In this document: one piece after another, positions 8,816-19,000 of the stretch
How the letters are laid out: the number at the start of each line of letters is the position of its first letter
How positions within the stretch are numbered: position 1 is the stretch's first letter
Source of the DNA: an uncultured Methylomirabilota bacterium
GTDB taxonomy: Bacteria; Methylomirabilota; Methylomirabilia; Methylomirabilales; 2-02-FULL-66-22
Reading direction: 5' to 3'
NCBI GenBank assembly: GCA_963705305.1
Contig: OY970067.1
Coordinates: 3,200,001-3,264,000 of the forward strand
Length of the DNA stretch: 64,000 nt
The notes under the pieces: model-generated
The model's database searches: none
What the model saw: the letters and a program-made list of their open reading frames with translations, nothing else
Told to the model about the DNA's origin: nothing
Translations under genes and position numbers: made by a program

Positions 8816-11800
8816 TCAGAACGGCAGGAATCGCTTATAGAACGGCTTGTACCCGCCATCTTGCCCCTTGACGCCTGCCACGACGTTCTCAGCGACTCGG
8901 ACATCCGCATCGGACTTCAGCGCCCCAAGCGTCTGCGGCTCCTGTGTGAGGCCCTCGCGCATGAGGGCCTGGCGGCTCTTCATGGCCTCCGCGCTTGGCA
9001 CGGCGTGGCCGCCGGGGGAGCTGCCCGGCTCGCCCGGGAGGTGTGGGTGACCCGGGGCCGGATGGGGCTGGCTGCTGTCCGTGGCGTGAGGGTGGACCGG
9101 GTGCGGTTTGGAACCCTTGGGATTCTGGGTCGCGTGCGCGAGGGCCGTCGTCGGTGCTGGATCGCCGGTGGGCATCAGCGTGCTGCCCGAGAGCACGGGG
9201 GCACGAACGGCCCGGCCGAAGGCCGAGAGGGGATCCAGTGCCGCCGGATGGTCAGCCGGCGAGGGCGGCGCCCCCGGGGTGGTGAGTGTCGTGTGCACGC
9301 CCTGGAGCGTGGTCCGTTGCGCCTCAACGTCGCGTTCGATCCGCTGCAGGGCCTCCAGCCCCTGGGGGTTGGCCTTCAGGGCCTGCTGGGCCAGCTGGCC
9401 AAGCGCTTCGCGGCGGTTCGGGTCGAGGAAGAGGTTTCGCATCTCACCGTAGAAGCGGGTGACCGCCTCCTGCCCCTGCTCGGTCGTGCGGGCCGCGTCG
9501 AGGCTCCCGTATTGCGCGCGGTAGTGCTGGTCCCAGTAAAGCAGGGCCATGTCGGTCTCCCTGGACATCGACAGGGTTACCGAGGCCGCCTGGGTTCGCT
9601 CCAACTGCTCCCGGGCCGACCGCTCGGCAGACTGCGCGTGGTCCACCGAGTTGATGGCGCTTGCGGCCTGGTCGAAGCTATAGCGCTGATCGTGGCTGCT
9701 GGCGATCTGGGATCCTTCTGCGAGGGCATCCCGGAGGCTGCGGTCGCGCGCCACGGACCGCGCGAAGGCGTTGTCGAAGCTGCGGGCCTGGGTCTCGTTC
9801 AGCGTGAAGGCGCCCATAGTCTGCCCGTTCTTGGACGCGGTGACCTGAAGCTGGCTGGTGGCTCCGGTCCCGAGGACGGAGAGGCCGAACGACATGCCGT
9901 CTTGCGCGGCCAGCGACCGGACGCTGCTCTCGCTTTCGGTGTTGGCCATGGCCTGCTGCAGCGCATACCCCACGTGTTTGGAGGTGACGCGGGTGATCGC
10001 GTCTGCCAGCCCGCTCGAGGCGGTGTGGGTCTTGCTCACGTCCTCGGACTGAAGGCGGTGGACCAGGTCGCCGATGGCGAGCCCGATGGTCCGGGCGGCG
10101 CCCTGCGTGGAGCGGTCCGTGTTCGCAAGGGCGGAGGCGTACCCGCGCCCTTGCGAGGCGGCCTCCGTTTGCAGCTGCTGGAGCCCCGCGTTCGGGGCGG
10201 AAAAGAGCGTGCCCTGGGAGGACACCGACAGGCCGAAGCCGTCGTCGGATCGGAGGTTCATGAAGGTTTCCCCCCCGCTCCCCCAAGTGGTGTTCCGCAT
10301 CCCGCTGCCGATCGCCGTGACCGAGACGGGAGTGCTCCGGGATCCGAGGATGTCGTGGGCCACCGGCTGCCCCATGGGGTCCGTCCCCAGCATCTGGGTG
10401 TGGGGCACGAGGTTCCGCTGGTCCATGGTCACGGTGCCGGCGTTCACGTTCCCCACCGCTGCCTCGACGCCCATCCCGGCGCCCGTGTGCCATGGCCCGT
10501 GCTGCACGACCTTGGTCATGGCGTACGAGCCCCCGAAGATCATGCCGCCGAGGAGCATGACGCCGACGGCCACCGGGAACCCAGAGGCCGCATAGGCATA
10601 GTTGAAGGTGTTCGTGACGGGCTGGGTGGCGGCCACCGACATGCCCCAGTCCATCTGGTTGCTGTAGAGCCCCGCCTTCCCCGCCTGCATGTAGAGGATC
10701 CGGTTGGCGAAGACGTAGGCCAATGGCCAGAGCTGGAGCCAGAGTGCATTGCCGAGGACCTGGGGGAAGATCCGGGGCATGACGATGATCAGCGGGATCC
10801 CAAAGAGGAGGAAGCCGTAGAAGAGGAACTCAAGGGTCGCGTGGAAGAAGGGGAGGATCTGCTGGATCATGAGGCCCGTCGTGATCCACGCGGAGGTCTG
10901 CTGGGCCTCCGCGGCACTGATGGCCCATGCCGTGAGGACCCCGTTTTGGCTGCTGAGGGCGGCGTTCGCCTGGATCGAGGGGATGAGCTGGTTGGCCGCG
11001 AAGCGGACCTTCAGGAGATCCACGGCATTCTGGCTGAGGCCGAGGACGTCCTGGGCCGCCGTGTCGATCGCCGGCAGGACCTGGGTCGTGTCCGTCTTGC
11101 CGATGGTCTGACCGATGATGGCCAGGAGCTGCGGGTCTTGGGCCGCCTGGCCGAGGCGCGGCAGGATGATGCTATCGAAGGCCTCCGGGCAGCGCTGGTC
11201 CTCGAGGGGCTCGGCGCAGCCATCGGGGAGCCCATCGCTGTTGCACTGGGAGGGGAGGAGGATCGGGATGGCCGGGTTCGTGCCCCCGAGCATCGCCTCG
11301 GCCGTCTTCGCCTTGACGATCTGCTCGACCGTCGTGTGGCCGCTCTGGACGTCCGGGATGATGCAGAGCCGGATGTACGCGTCCAGGTCCGTGGCGAGGT
11401 TCAGGTCGATCAGGGTCGCGTCCAGGGTCGTCTGCACGACGCGGGGGCCCCACCCCAGGCCGGACTCCGTGAACCTCCCGTAGTAATCCACCGGGTAGAT
11501 GGCCTGCTCGATTTTCTCGGCCAGTTGTTCCCCGAAGAAGCTGCTGGCGTGGCCGATCACCGCGATGGGGAAGGGGACCCCGGAGACGAGGTCGGTGCTG
11601 AGCGCCACGCGGTCCACGATCGCCACCGTGGTCTGGAAGCTCGGGTTGCAGAGGATGCCGACGATCCCAGCCGTGAGCGCCACGTGGGGGATGGCCAGGA
11701 GGGCCTGCTGGCCCCCCAGGGCACTCGGGATCGCGGCAAACAGGCCGGCGAGAAGCGCCACCAGTCCCGCTACCTTCATGGCCGAGGAGAGGCCACCGTT

Positions 11801-11974
11801 CTCGCTGGCGAACAGGGCAATGCCCTGGAAGGCGCTCTTGAGGAGCTCGCCGTTGCCGTAGGTGGTGACGTCCCAGACGTTCGCCGCGGACGCCGGCGTG
11901 GGGAGGGCGAGCAGGCCGATCGCGAGGATCGGGAGGGCCAGCCCGAGGCTCCCGCGGATCGGTGCGCGCCTCAT
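8816..11974 (-). CDS. traG: F-type conjugal mating-pair stabilisation protein TraG
   Basis: TraG_N start WDVTTYGNGELLKSAFQGIA, WLQLWP TM motif, Ser/Gln-rich C-terminal half; follows traH. Confidence 0.9.
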   Translation of the reverse strand: MRRAPIRGSLGLALPILAIGLLALPTPASAANVWDVTTYGNGELLKSAFQGIALFASENGGLSSAMKVAGLVALLAGLFAAIPSALGGQQALLAIPHVALTAGIVGILCNPSFQTTVAIVDRVALSTDLVSGVPFPIAVIGHASSFFGEQLAEKIEQAIYPVDYYGRFTESGLGWGPRVVQTTLDATLIDLNLATDLDAYIRLCIIPDVQSGHTTVEQIVKAKTAEAMLGGTNPAIPILLPSQCNSDGLPDGCAEPLEDQRCPEAFDSIILPRLGQAAQDPQLLAIIGQTIGKTDTTQVLPAIDTAAQDVLGLSQNAVDLLKVRFAANQLIPSIQANAALSSQNGVLTAWAISAAEAQQTSAWITTGLMIQQILPFFHATLEFLFYGFLLFGIPLIIVMPRIFPQVLGNALWLQLWPLAYVFANRILYMQAGKAGLYSNQMDWGMSVAATQPVTNTFNYAYAASGFPVAVGVMLLGGMIFGGSYAMTKVVQHGPWHTGAGMGVEAAVGNVNAGTVTMDQRNLVPHTQMLGTDPMGQPVAHDILGSRSTPVSVTAIGSGMRNTTWGSGGETFMNLRSDDGFGLSVSSQGTLFSAPNAGLQQLQTEAASQGRGYASALANTDRSTQGAARTIGLAIGDLVHRLQSEDVSKTHTASSGLADAITRVTSKHVGYALQQAMANTESESSVRSLAAQDGMSFGLSVLGTGATSQLQVTASKNGQTMGAFTLNETQARSFDNAFARSVARDRSLRDALAEGSQIASSHDQRYSFDQAASAINSVDHAQSAERSAREQLERTQAASVTLSMSRETDMALLYWDQHYRAQYGSLDAARTTEQGQEAVTRFYGEMRNLFLDPNRREALGQLAQQALKANPQGLEALQRIERDVEAQRTTLQGVHTTLTTPGAPPSPADHPAALDPLSAFGRAVRAPVLSGSTLMPTGDPAPTTALAHATQNPKGSKPHPVHPHATDSSQPHPAPGHPHLPGEPGSSPGGHAVPSAEAMKSRQALMREGLTQEPQTLGALKSDADVRVAENVVAGVKGQDGGYKPFYKRFLPF

Positions 11975-13449
11975 CAGTGCCCCATGGGCGATGCGGATCG
12001 CAACAGCTTCCCCGAGAAGGCCGTGTGGCGGGAGAACATGCTGCTACTGCTGCCCGCGTTCGCCGTCGTGATGCTCGCGAGGTCTTGGAGGATCCGGAGG
12101 GTGTTCATGAGGTTCCCCTGGGCCTCGGCGAACTGTTTGTCCAGGGTATCCCGCCGCTGGGCGAACAGCGTGTTGAAGGTCTCAAGCTCCCCGCTATTCT
12201 TTGCCTTCTGCGATTCGGCAAAGATAGTATCGCCGAGCTGCCGGACGTAGACTCGGAGGATCTGGACGGCGAGGTACTTGCTCGCGAAGCTGATCACCAT
12301 GTCGCTCGCGCCCGGCACGTTCTGGCTTGCCACCATGAGCCGCGTGAGCGGGATACCGGTGATATCGGTGGTCAGGTATTGGCTCAGGGGGCTCTTCTTC
12401 CGAGAGCGAAGATCCGACTGGTAGGTCCCGAGCTGGCCGCGGATCGTTTTGGTGAGTCCGAGGTAGGCGGGCGCCAGGGTCACCCGGGGGTTCAGGCAGA
12501 GGTCGTACTCGTCGCAGCTGTAGCCCTGCTTGTTCTCGTACCCCTCAAGGAGGTCGAGCACGTCCAGGCGGGCTGGAAACGGTGTGGCACTCTTTTCCCC
12601 TTCGGCGGCGAGTAGGTTGGTGACCACTGTTCCGAACAATGCCATGAGCTGCTCGCCGAAGTCGGTGGTGTACTCGGGCATGTCGCCCTCGATCCGCGAG
12701 TAGGCCGACCAGAACACGTTGACGCTGGTCGTCTTCGGCGGATCGAAGGGGTTCGACCCGGCATTCCGCCAGCGGGTGGTTTCCCGCTGCTCCGCCTGCG
12801 GGATGGCGCTCGGATCCGAGCCACAGACCGCGTCGCCCCCCCACCAGTCCTTGACCGCCCCCAGGTCGTTGTTGATCGCGATACAGTTGGTATAGGAGGT
12901 CTGGCGGAACTTGTCCGGGGTGAGTCCCGCTGCGGCAAACAGTCCTTTGGTCATCTGGCAGGAGTTCTTCAGATTCCCGGCCACTTCCCGGGCCATCTGC
13001 TCGAGCTTGGCGAGTACGGTGGCGCACTGCGGGCAGAGCGTTGTGAGGGCCATGTTGAACGCCATGCCCATGGCGTTCTGCGCAATGGATTGGAGGTACT
13101 TGACAAATTGGTCCATATCGATGAAGGAGAAGGCCCCTCCCATCAGGGAGATCCCGCCGCAGCCGGCGGTGAGCTTGGGCATGGAGAGGGCGAACGGGGT
13201 GGGGTTCCGGTTCGGGAACCGCATCTCGAAACTCCCGCCGGAGAGGTAGCCACGGGACTGGCCCTCGTAGAAGCCGGGCTTGGAGGTGGTCATCTGCCCC
13301 TCCCAGTCCTGGAGGAAGTTGTCGATGCCGCTCTCGAGGCCTGCAGTGGCGAGTGAGGGGAAACACGTCGTGGCGAGGAGGACCAGCACGAGGATTCCGG
13401 CGCCGCAGCGCAGGCGAGAGCGACGGATCCAACGGTATGCGAATCGCAT
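11974..13449 (-). CDS. traH: F-type conjugal transfer protein TraH
   Basis: PGFYEGQSRGYLSGGS, P...AGCGGI...GGAFSFI, CPQC and NSCQ motifs. Start moved to ATG 13449. Confidence 0.92.
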   Translation of the reverse strand: MRFAYRWIRRSRLRCGAGILVLVLLATTCFPSLATAGLESGIDNFLQDWEGQMTTSKPGFYEGQSRGYLSGGSFEMRFPNRNPTPFALSMPKLTAGCGGISLMGGAFSFIDMDQFVKYLQSIAQNAMGMAFNMALTTLCPQCATVLAKLEQMAREVAGNLKNSCQMTKGLFAAAGLTPDKFRQTSYTNCIAINNDLGAVKDWWGGDAVCGSDPSAIPQAEQRETTRWRNAGSNPFDPPKTTSVNVFWSAYSRIEGDMPEYTTDFGEQLMALFGTVVTNLLAAEGEKSATPFPARLDVLDLLEGYENKQGYSCDEYDLCLNPRVTLAPAYLGLTKTIRGQLGTYQSDLRSRKKSPLSQYLTTDITGIPLTRLMVASQNVPGASDMVISFASKYLAVQILRVYVRQLGDTIFAESQKAKNSGELETFNTLFAQRRDTLDKQFAEAQGNLMNTLRILQDLASITTANAGSSSSMFSRHTAFSGKLLRSASPMGH

Positions 13450-13598
13450 CCACGGCCTCCGGAGCGTCCCGGACCGCTCCGACGGGCCCGCCGCGGTGGT
13501 GGCGGAGGGCCACCGGGTGGACCCGGCCGGAACAGTCCGGAGAGTGGAGAGTGCCGGTGACTGGAGTGAGGTTACGGAAGAACCAGACCGTCGCACCG

Positions 13599-14186
13599 TT
13601 ACAATCTCCGGATCGGCGAGGGGGATTCCCCGCCACTCGAGCAGAGGGCCGCCGCGGTCGTGGTCACCCGGAGCGACCACCACGTGGGAGGCACCCGGGA
13701 TGAAGGGAGGTGGCGTCGGTCAACGCCACCGTAGGCCCAAGGAATACGCCGCGCCAGCGCTGAACACGTGCCGGGCGGGAGCGACTCCCCGTGCTGGCAT
13801 CCCCGAGAGCCGCCGACTCGCATGGAGGGTCCGAGCGCACAGGCCGCCAGCAGGACCCCGAGGACGTAGGGCAGCATGTACGTCCCGGCGGCACAGGCCA
13901 CGCCAGTCATCAACGGCCCAAGGGATTGTCGCCGGGCCGCCGACCCCGCGCCGATCAGCAGCATCAACAGGGCCAATCGCTGGCTGAGCGACCGCCGAAG
14001 CAGTATGAGCACCGGCATATCCATCTGCGTGCAGTGCAGCCCACCGTCCGCCTCCGACGGCGCCACCAGTGCACAGACCACGATCAGACCTCCGCAGGCG
14101 CTACCCAGGGTCCCGTCAGCCCTCCCAGCACCACGATCGAACTGGCGCAGGAGCCCCGGTCCACCCGATGGGCCCAGCACCCGCAC
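13599..14186 (-). CDS. Diverged pilin paralogue (possibly pseudogene)
   Basis: Segment 13860-13991 aligns without gaps to the adjacent pilin at 21/44 identities. Start and tail of the ORF are uncertain. Confidence 0.5.
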   Translation of the reverse strand: MRVLGPSGGPGLLRQFDRGAGRADGTLGSACGGLIVVCALVAPSEADGGLHCTQMDMPVLILLRRSLSQRLALLMLLIGAGSAARRQSLGPLMTGVACAAGTYMLPYVLGVLLAACALGPSMRVGGSRGCQHGESLPPGTCSALARRIPWAYGGVDRRHLPSSRVPPTWWSLRVTTTAAALCSSGGESPSPIRRL

Positions 14187-14206
14187 CGTGCGCGCTGCGA
14201 CGTGAG

Positions 14207-14536
14207 CTAGAAGAGCGCGCTGATCACCTGGTCGATGACGCCGGGGCCGATGCTGGCGGCCGCCGCGACGCCGACCCCCCCGAAGAGCGCGCCGAAGGAC
14301 TGGCGGGCGGCCGCCACGCCGATGCCCAGGATCAGGGCGATCAGGGCGAGCGCCTTGCCCAAGCTCCCCTTCGTCCAGTTCGAGATCAAGTCGTTCAGTT
14401 CGTCGAACGTGATGTCGTTCCCCGCGTAGGCGGCCGCGGCGCGGAGGCTCACCAGCACCGCCGCGATCACGAGCACGCGGATCAGCAAGCGAATCTCGGA
14501 CTGGTAGCGGTGGGAGAAGGTGCGGATGCGCGACAT
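14207..14536 (-). CDS. traA: Conjugative pilin (TraA/TrhA-like)
   Basis: Leader ending AYA-G, then ISNWTKGSLGK and two hydrophobic helices; AAGGAG RBS. Confidence 0.8.
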   Translation of the reverse strand: MSRIRTFSHRYQSEIRLLIRVLVIAAVLVSLRAAAAYAGNDITFDELNDLISNWTKGSLGKALALIALILGIGVAAARQSFGALFGGVGVAAAASIGPGVIDQVISALF

Positions 14537-14564
14537 GAGCGACTCCTTTCCGTGTGCGAGGGAG

Positions 14565-15320
14565 TTACTTCCGGGTGGTTGCCTGCCAACGCGCTATCAG
14601 GGCGTCGTAGGCGAGGTACCCGTCCAGCCGGGCGCCTGTATCCAGCACGAGCGTCGGGGTGCCGTGGATCTCGAGCGTGTCTGCCAGTGCCTTGATGTGG
14701 GCCAGCGGCGTGCGGCAGCCGGCGTCCACCCCGTCCAGCGTCTGGCCATCCATGATTGCGAGCAGCGCCGCCGCCGGATCCGGGCTGCACCAGACCTGCT
14801 TGCTCTTCAGCTCCGCCTGCGGGTGGAGCTGAGGCAGCGGCAGGAGGAAGACCTCCACTCCCACCCCGTCCTTCAGGAGGCCGGGCAGGGTGTCGGCGTG
14901 GAACTTCTTGCAGAATGGGCAGTCCACGTCCTCGAAGACGGCGATCCGCTTGGTCGATTTTGCCGGCCCGAGATGAATCGCCTCCGCAAAGGGGAGGTCC
15001 TGGAAGTTGACGGCATTGAGGGCGAGCAGCTTCTGGGCGGTGAGGTTCTTCCGGGCGGCGAAGTCGTAGAGTTCGCCGACGAGGACGTACCGGCCGCTGG
15101 CGTCCATGTAGACGACGCTCTTGCCGGACCGGACCTCATAGAGGTTCGGGATCGGCGTGGGCTCGACGGCCTCCACCTTGGACTGCGGGAAGAGGTGCTG
15201 GGCCGTCTCCTGCAGGCTGGCCGCCGGGCTCACACGGGGGAGCACCACGAGGCACCCGACGAGGCCGAGCATGGCGAGGCCGGATGCCCACACACGACTG
15301 CATGGACGAGTCTTCTTCAC
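14565..15320 (-). CDS. dsbC: DsbC-family thiol:disulfide isomerase
   Basis: Signal peptide, PTPIPNLYEV dimerisation domain, DCPFC active site, GTPT cis-Pro loop. Confidence 0.9.
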   Translation of the reverse strand: MKKTRPCSRVWASGLAMLGLVGCLVVLPRVSPAASLQETAQHLFPQSKVEAVEPTPIPNLYEVRSGKSVVYMDASGRYVLVGELYDFAARKNLTAQKLLALNAVNFQDLPFAEAIHLGPAKSTKRIAVFEDVDCPFCKKFHADTLPGLLKDGVGVEVFLLPLPQLHPQAELKSKQVWCSPDPAAALLAIMDGQTLDGVDAGCRTPLAHIKALADTLEIHGTPTLVLDTGARLDGYLAYDALIARWQATTRK

Positions 15321-15623
15321 GCGTGCCTCCCGGGCTGCATAGACCAGGTGAGATCCATCGGGTAAGGGGGGACCGACGAGCACCTGGAGACGGCTAGTGC
15401 GTCATGTCCAGCAGGATCTCTGGAACCAGCGCTACCCCCTTCGACTGCCGCTCCTCTTGTACCAAACGCAGGGGTCGCTGCCAGGGCAGGTTTCTGCACA
15501 TTCCATCGGCGTGAAATAAACTGGCGGGCTGGAGACAGCGATGGCGGCTCCGCACGATACGGGACCGCCATCCGATGCCTTCCAGTGAGGAGCGCGACAG
15601 GCGGGCCTCCGCCGAGACATCGC

Positions 15624-16010
15624 TCACCTGATCGTGGCCCGGTGCGGGGCGACTTGGCGCAGGCGATCCTTCATGCCTGACGGCTGGGTCACCGCTCCCT
15701 CGACGGTCACCCATGCGGGGGGTTCCAAGGCGTGCTGCCGGAGCCGCCACTCACCGGGCGTCGACACGCCCAGCTCCAGGCTCGGCCACTGCTTCGCACG
15801 CCTCGGGACCGCGTGATCGAGGGCGCTCCCACCGCACGTGAAAGAGATGCTGGCCTGGCCCTGGGAGATCCGCGTGCAGTGCAGGACGCTCGAGGGCCAT
15901 GTGGCTGTCTCCACCTCTGGGGCCGGAGCACGCAGGCCAGCAACACGCCGAGCACGAGGATCCCGCGCTGTTCCCTAGTCCTACGGCGTCGTGGCACCGG
16001 CGCGCGCACA
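15624..16010 (-). pseudogene. Frameshifted secreted paralogue of the last domain of the giant Ig-like protein
   Basis: ORF 15624-15914 aligns without gaps to the giant protein's C-terminal domain at 21/68 identities. A signal-peptide-like stretch (RRRRTREQRGILVLGVLLACVL) lies just upstream in another frame. Confidence 0.5.
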
Positions 16011-16070
16011 TCCAGCGCTCGCCCGGACGCTCGCTGGCCTGAGCGCCCGGGCGAGCGGAGAGACATCCGG

Positions 16071-19000
16071 CTAGTTCTGCGGTCGGAGGGGGACGGTCAC
16101 CGGACCCAGGTCCAGCGTCGCGCCGGAGTTGTCCGTGGCATACAGGTGCACCGTCGCCGTCTCGGGCGGGCTGTTCACCGGAACCTTCAGCGACCAGCCT
16201 TGCCTCACGTCCACCTTGAGCTCCGGGACCACCCAGCGGCGGATCTTGACGCTGCCGTCCGGATCGAGGCCATTCGCAGAGCACCGAAGTGTCGCGCTTG
16301 CGGTGCCCACCTGGGTCTTGGTGCAGTCGATCGTGCCGCGGGGGACCATGTTCTCCGCCACGTCCACCGTCTGGCTTGCGGTGAGCTCCTTCCCGGCTGC
16401 CGTCTTGACGGTCAGGGCAAACGTGTGGGTCCCCGGCTGGGTTACGGTCGCGCGGTTCGGCGGCCAATGGAGCGCGATGCCGTCGGCGATCCACGTTGAC
16501 GTGGTGACCCGGTCTCGTGCGTCCAGCGCACCCGGCGGCACCGTGTACTTGAGGAGGTACTGCACCGGGGGCCGCTGGGCGCCACCGGAGCTGATCGTGA
16601 TGTATGGAGCGTCCGTGGGCGGCGCCTGGACCGTGATGTCCTCCGACCAGGCGAAGGAGCCACTCACCGTTCCGAGCACCGCGAGGGACACTCGATAGGT
16701 CCCGGGCTGCGTGAAGGTCACCGCGAAGTTTGTGGACCCGCGGGTGCTCTTGATCGGCGGCGCGCTCGGGTCCGCGAGGCTCACCGCCGTCCAGCTGATC
16801 GTGATCCGCTCCCGCTTCACCGGGCTCTGGAGCTCCGTCAGTCGATAGCGGTAGGTCGTCGGGGCGTACGGTCCGTCGATCCCGTACAGGAATGCTACTG
16901 CCTGCAGCAGCGGCTCATCGATCAGCAGGCTGGCACTCTGCGTCACCGGCGTGCCGTCCTGCAGCGTGCCGGTGAAGACCAGGCTATACTGCCCGCTAAT
17001 GTGCGGCGTTACCCCGTCCAGCAGGAAGCCACGCAGGCTCGTCTGGACGATGAAGGTGTTCGAGGTGGCATCGTAATGCAGCGGGAGCGTGGTACTCGGC
17101 CCGTTCACCATCGCCTGCCCGTCGGCCGTGCCGGTCAGGGTCAGGGTCAGCTTGGCCGAGCCCTCATCGAAGGCCGACGGGACCCCGACGCCCTCCGCGT
17201 CGAGGCCTGGTACCACGATGGTCACCCGCACATCCACCGGATAGATGGTGGGGGTGAGGTGGTACTTCCTGGCGTCGGGCCGGCTGTCGTTCGGCTCCGA
17301 GCTATACCCCGCGTTCAGGAACTGCACGGCGAGGTCCAGGTAGGGGGGTACCTGCGCCGGGATGACCACCTCGGACGGCTCCGTCTGCGTCCGGGTCTGC
17401 GACCCCTGCGGGGTGAAGTAGCCCACCACCTGATACGTGCCGGGGGCCGTGTAGGTGCAAGTCACGCTTTGACCCGCCAACATTTGGGCCGGGTGGGTGC
17501 CGCAGTCCACGAGGTACTTCGAGGCCGGGAGTTCCTCGGGGAAGGTCAGCGGCACCAGGATTGTCCGCGGCCCCGTCTGGGCGAGCGCGCCGACTTGGAG
17601 GCTAATGGGCGCCCCGCTGAGGCTCGTGTCCACCGCACCGCTCAAGGCCACGTTGCCCTGGGTCCGACCGCTGAAGGCCACGTGGTAGTCCCCGGGTGCA
17701 TTCAGGAGCGTCTGCCCGGTCAGCGTAAGGCCGTCCGCGCTCAGCGTCAGGGTCACGGTGATCGCCGCCATCTGCGGGCGGGTGATCGTGAGGACCGACG
17801 TTTGCCCGAAGATCGGGTCCACGATTCCCACGACGGCTGGTGGCGCGAGGGTCACCGTCGCGTCCAGCACCGCCGGAAGGGTCGTGCTGACCGTCGCCCT
17901 GTTGGCTGGCTGACCATTGAGGGCGATCGTGATCTCCTTGACGGTGACGGGCACGGAGGCGACCGACACCGTCAGCGGCGCCGTGGCGACCCTCCGGCTC
18001 CCGTTCGGATCCGTGAACGCTCCGGTCACCGTGGCGCTGCCCGCCTTCGCGTAGGTGCACTCCCCCGTCAGGCCCGAGAACCCCTGAGCCGGGCGCGTGC
18101 CGCAGTCCGTGGTCGCATCGGCGCTCGGGGCATCCGCGGGCCAGTGGATGGGCACGCTGACGTTGGCCCCGTCTTGCACTGGCGGATCGGCCTGCAGCGT
18201 GATCGTGGCCAGGGTGAGCGGGAGCGCCACGCTCGTGGTGAGGCTCGATCCGCGCTGCGTGTGCCCGTCCAGGGTGAAGACGTAAGCCCCGAATCCGGAC
18301 GGGGAGAAGCTCGCCGTATAGTGCAGCGCGTCGGTCCGTGTCGCGGTCAGCCGCGCGATCTGGGTTCCGTCCTTGGTCACCACCATCTTCGATGTGCCGA
18401 GATTCAAGCTGTCCGGGACGCCCACACCGTCCGCTGCGGTGAACGTCACCGGGAGTCCGATCGTCTGCGGGAGCGTATACAGGGTCCGCCCCGCCAGCGG
18501 CTGGTTGCCGAGCATCGGCACCAGCGCGGGCTGGTTCAAGGCCAGGGCGGGGATCGTGACCGTCAAGGGGGCTGTTGCCGTGTTCGGTGCCCCCACCGGA
18601 TCCGTGAACCTTCCGGTCACGGTGTAGCTTCCGGCCTGGGTGTAGAGGCAAGTACCTGTCGGCCCGGTCACGGTCTGGGTCGGGCTCGTGCCGCAGTCCG
18701 CCACCATCTCCGTGACCACAGGGTCCGCCGGCCAGGTGATCGGCACCGCCACGGTCCACCCAACGCGCTGCTCGGCCACGCCAGCGGTCAGCGTCACGGG
18801 GGTCAGCGTGAGCACCAGGCTCCCCGTAGTGGTGACCGTGGCGCCGCTGCCGGTCAGCCCCAGGAGCGTGAAAGTGTAGGTCCCCGACGCCGTGAGGGAC
18901 GCCGACGCCGTGTAGTGAAGCCCATCGATGCGGGTCAGCGTGAGCGAGCCGGCCGAGACCCCGTCCTTCGTCATCGCGATCGCGGACGAACCGAGGTTGA

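Noticed and set aside
8861..12250. Very long plus-strand ORFs (also 17001-19052, 46579-48639, 2852-4402)
   Set aside because: Antisense shadows of well-supported GC-rich minus-strand genes; no motifs.
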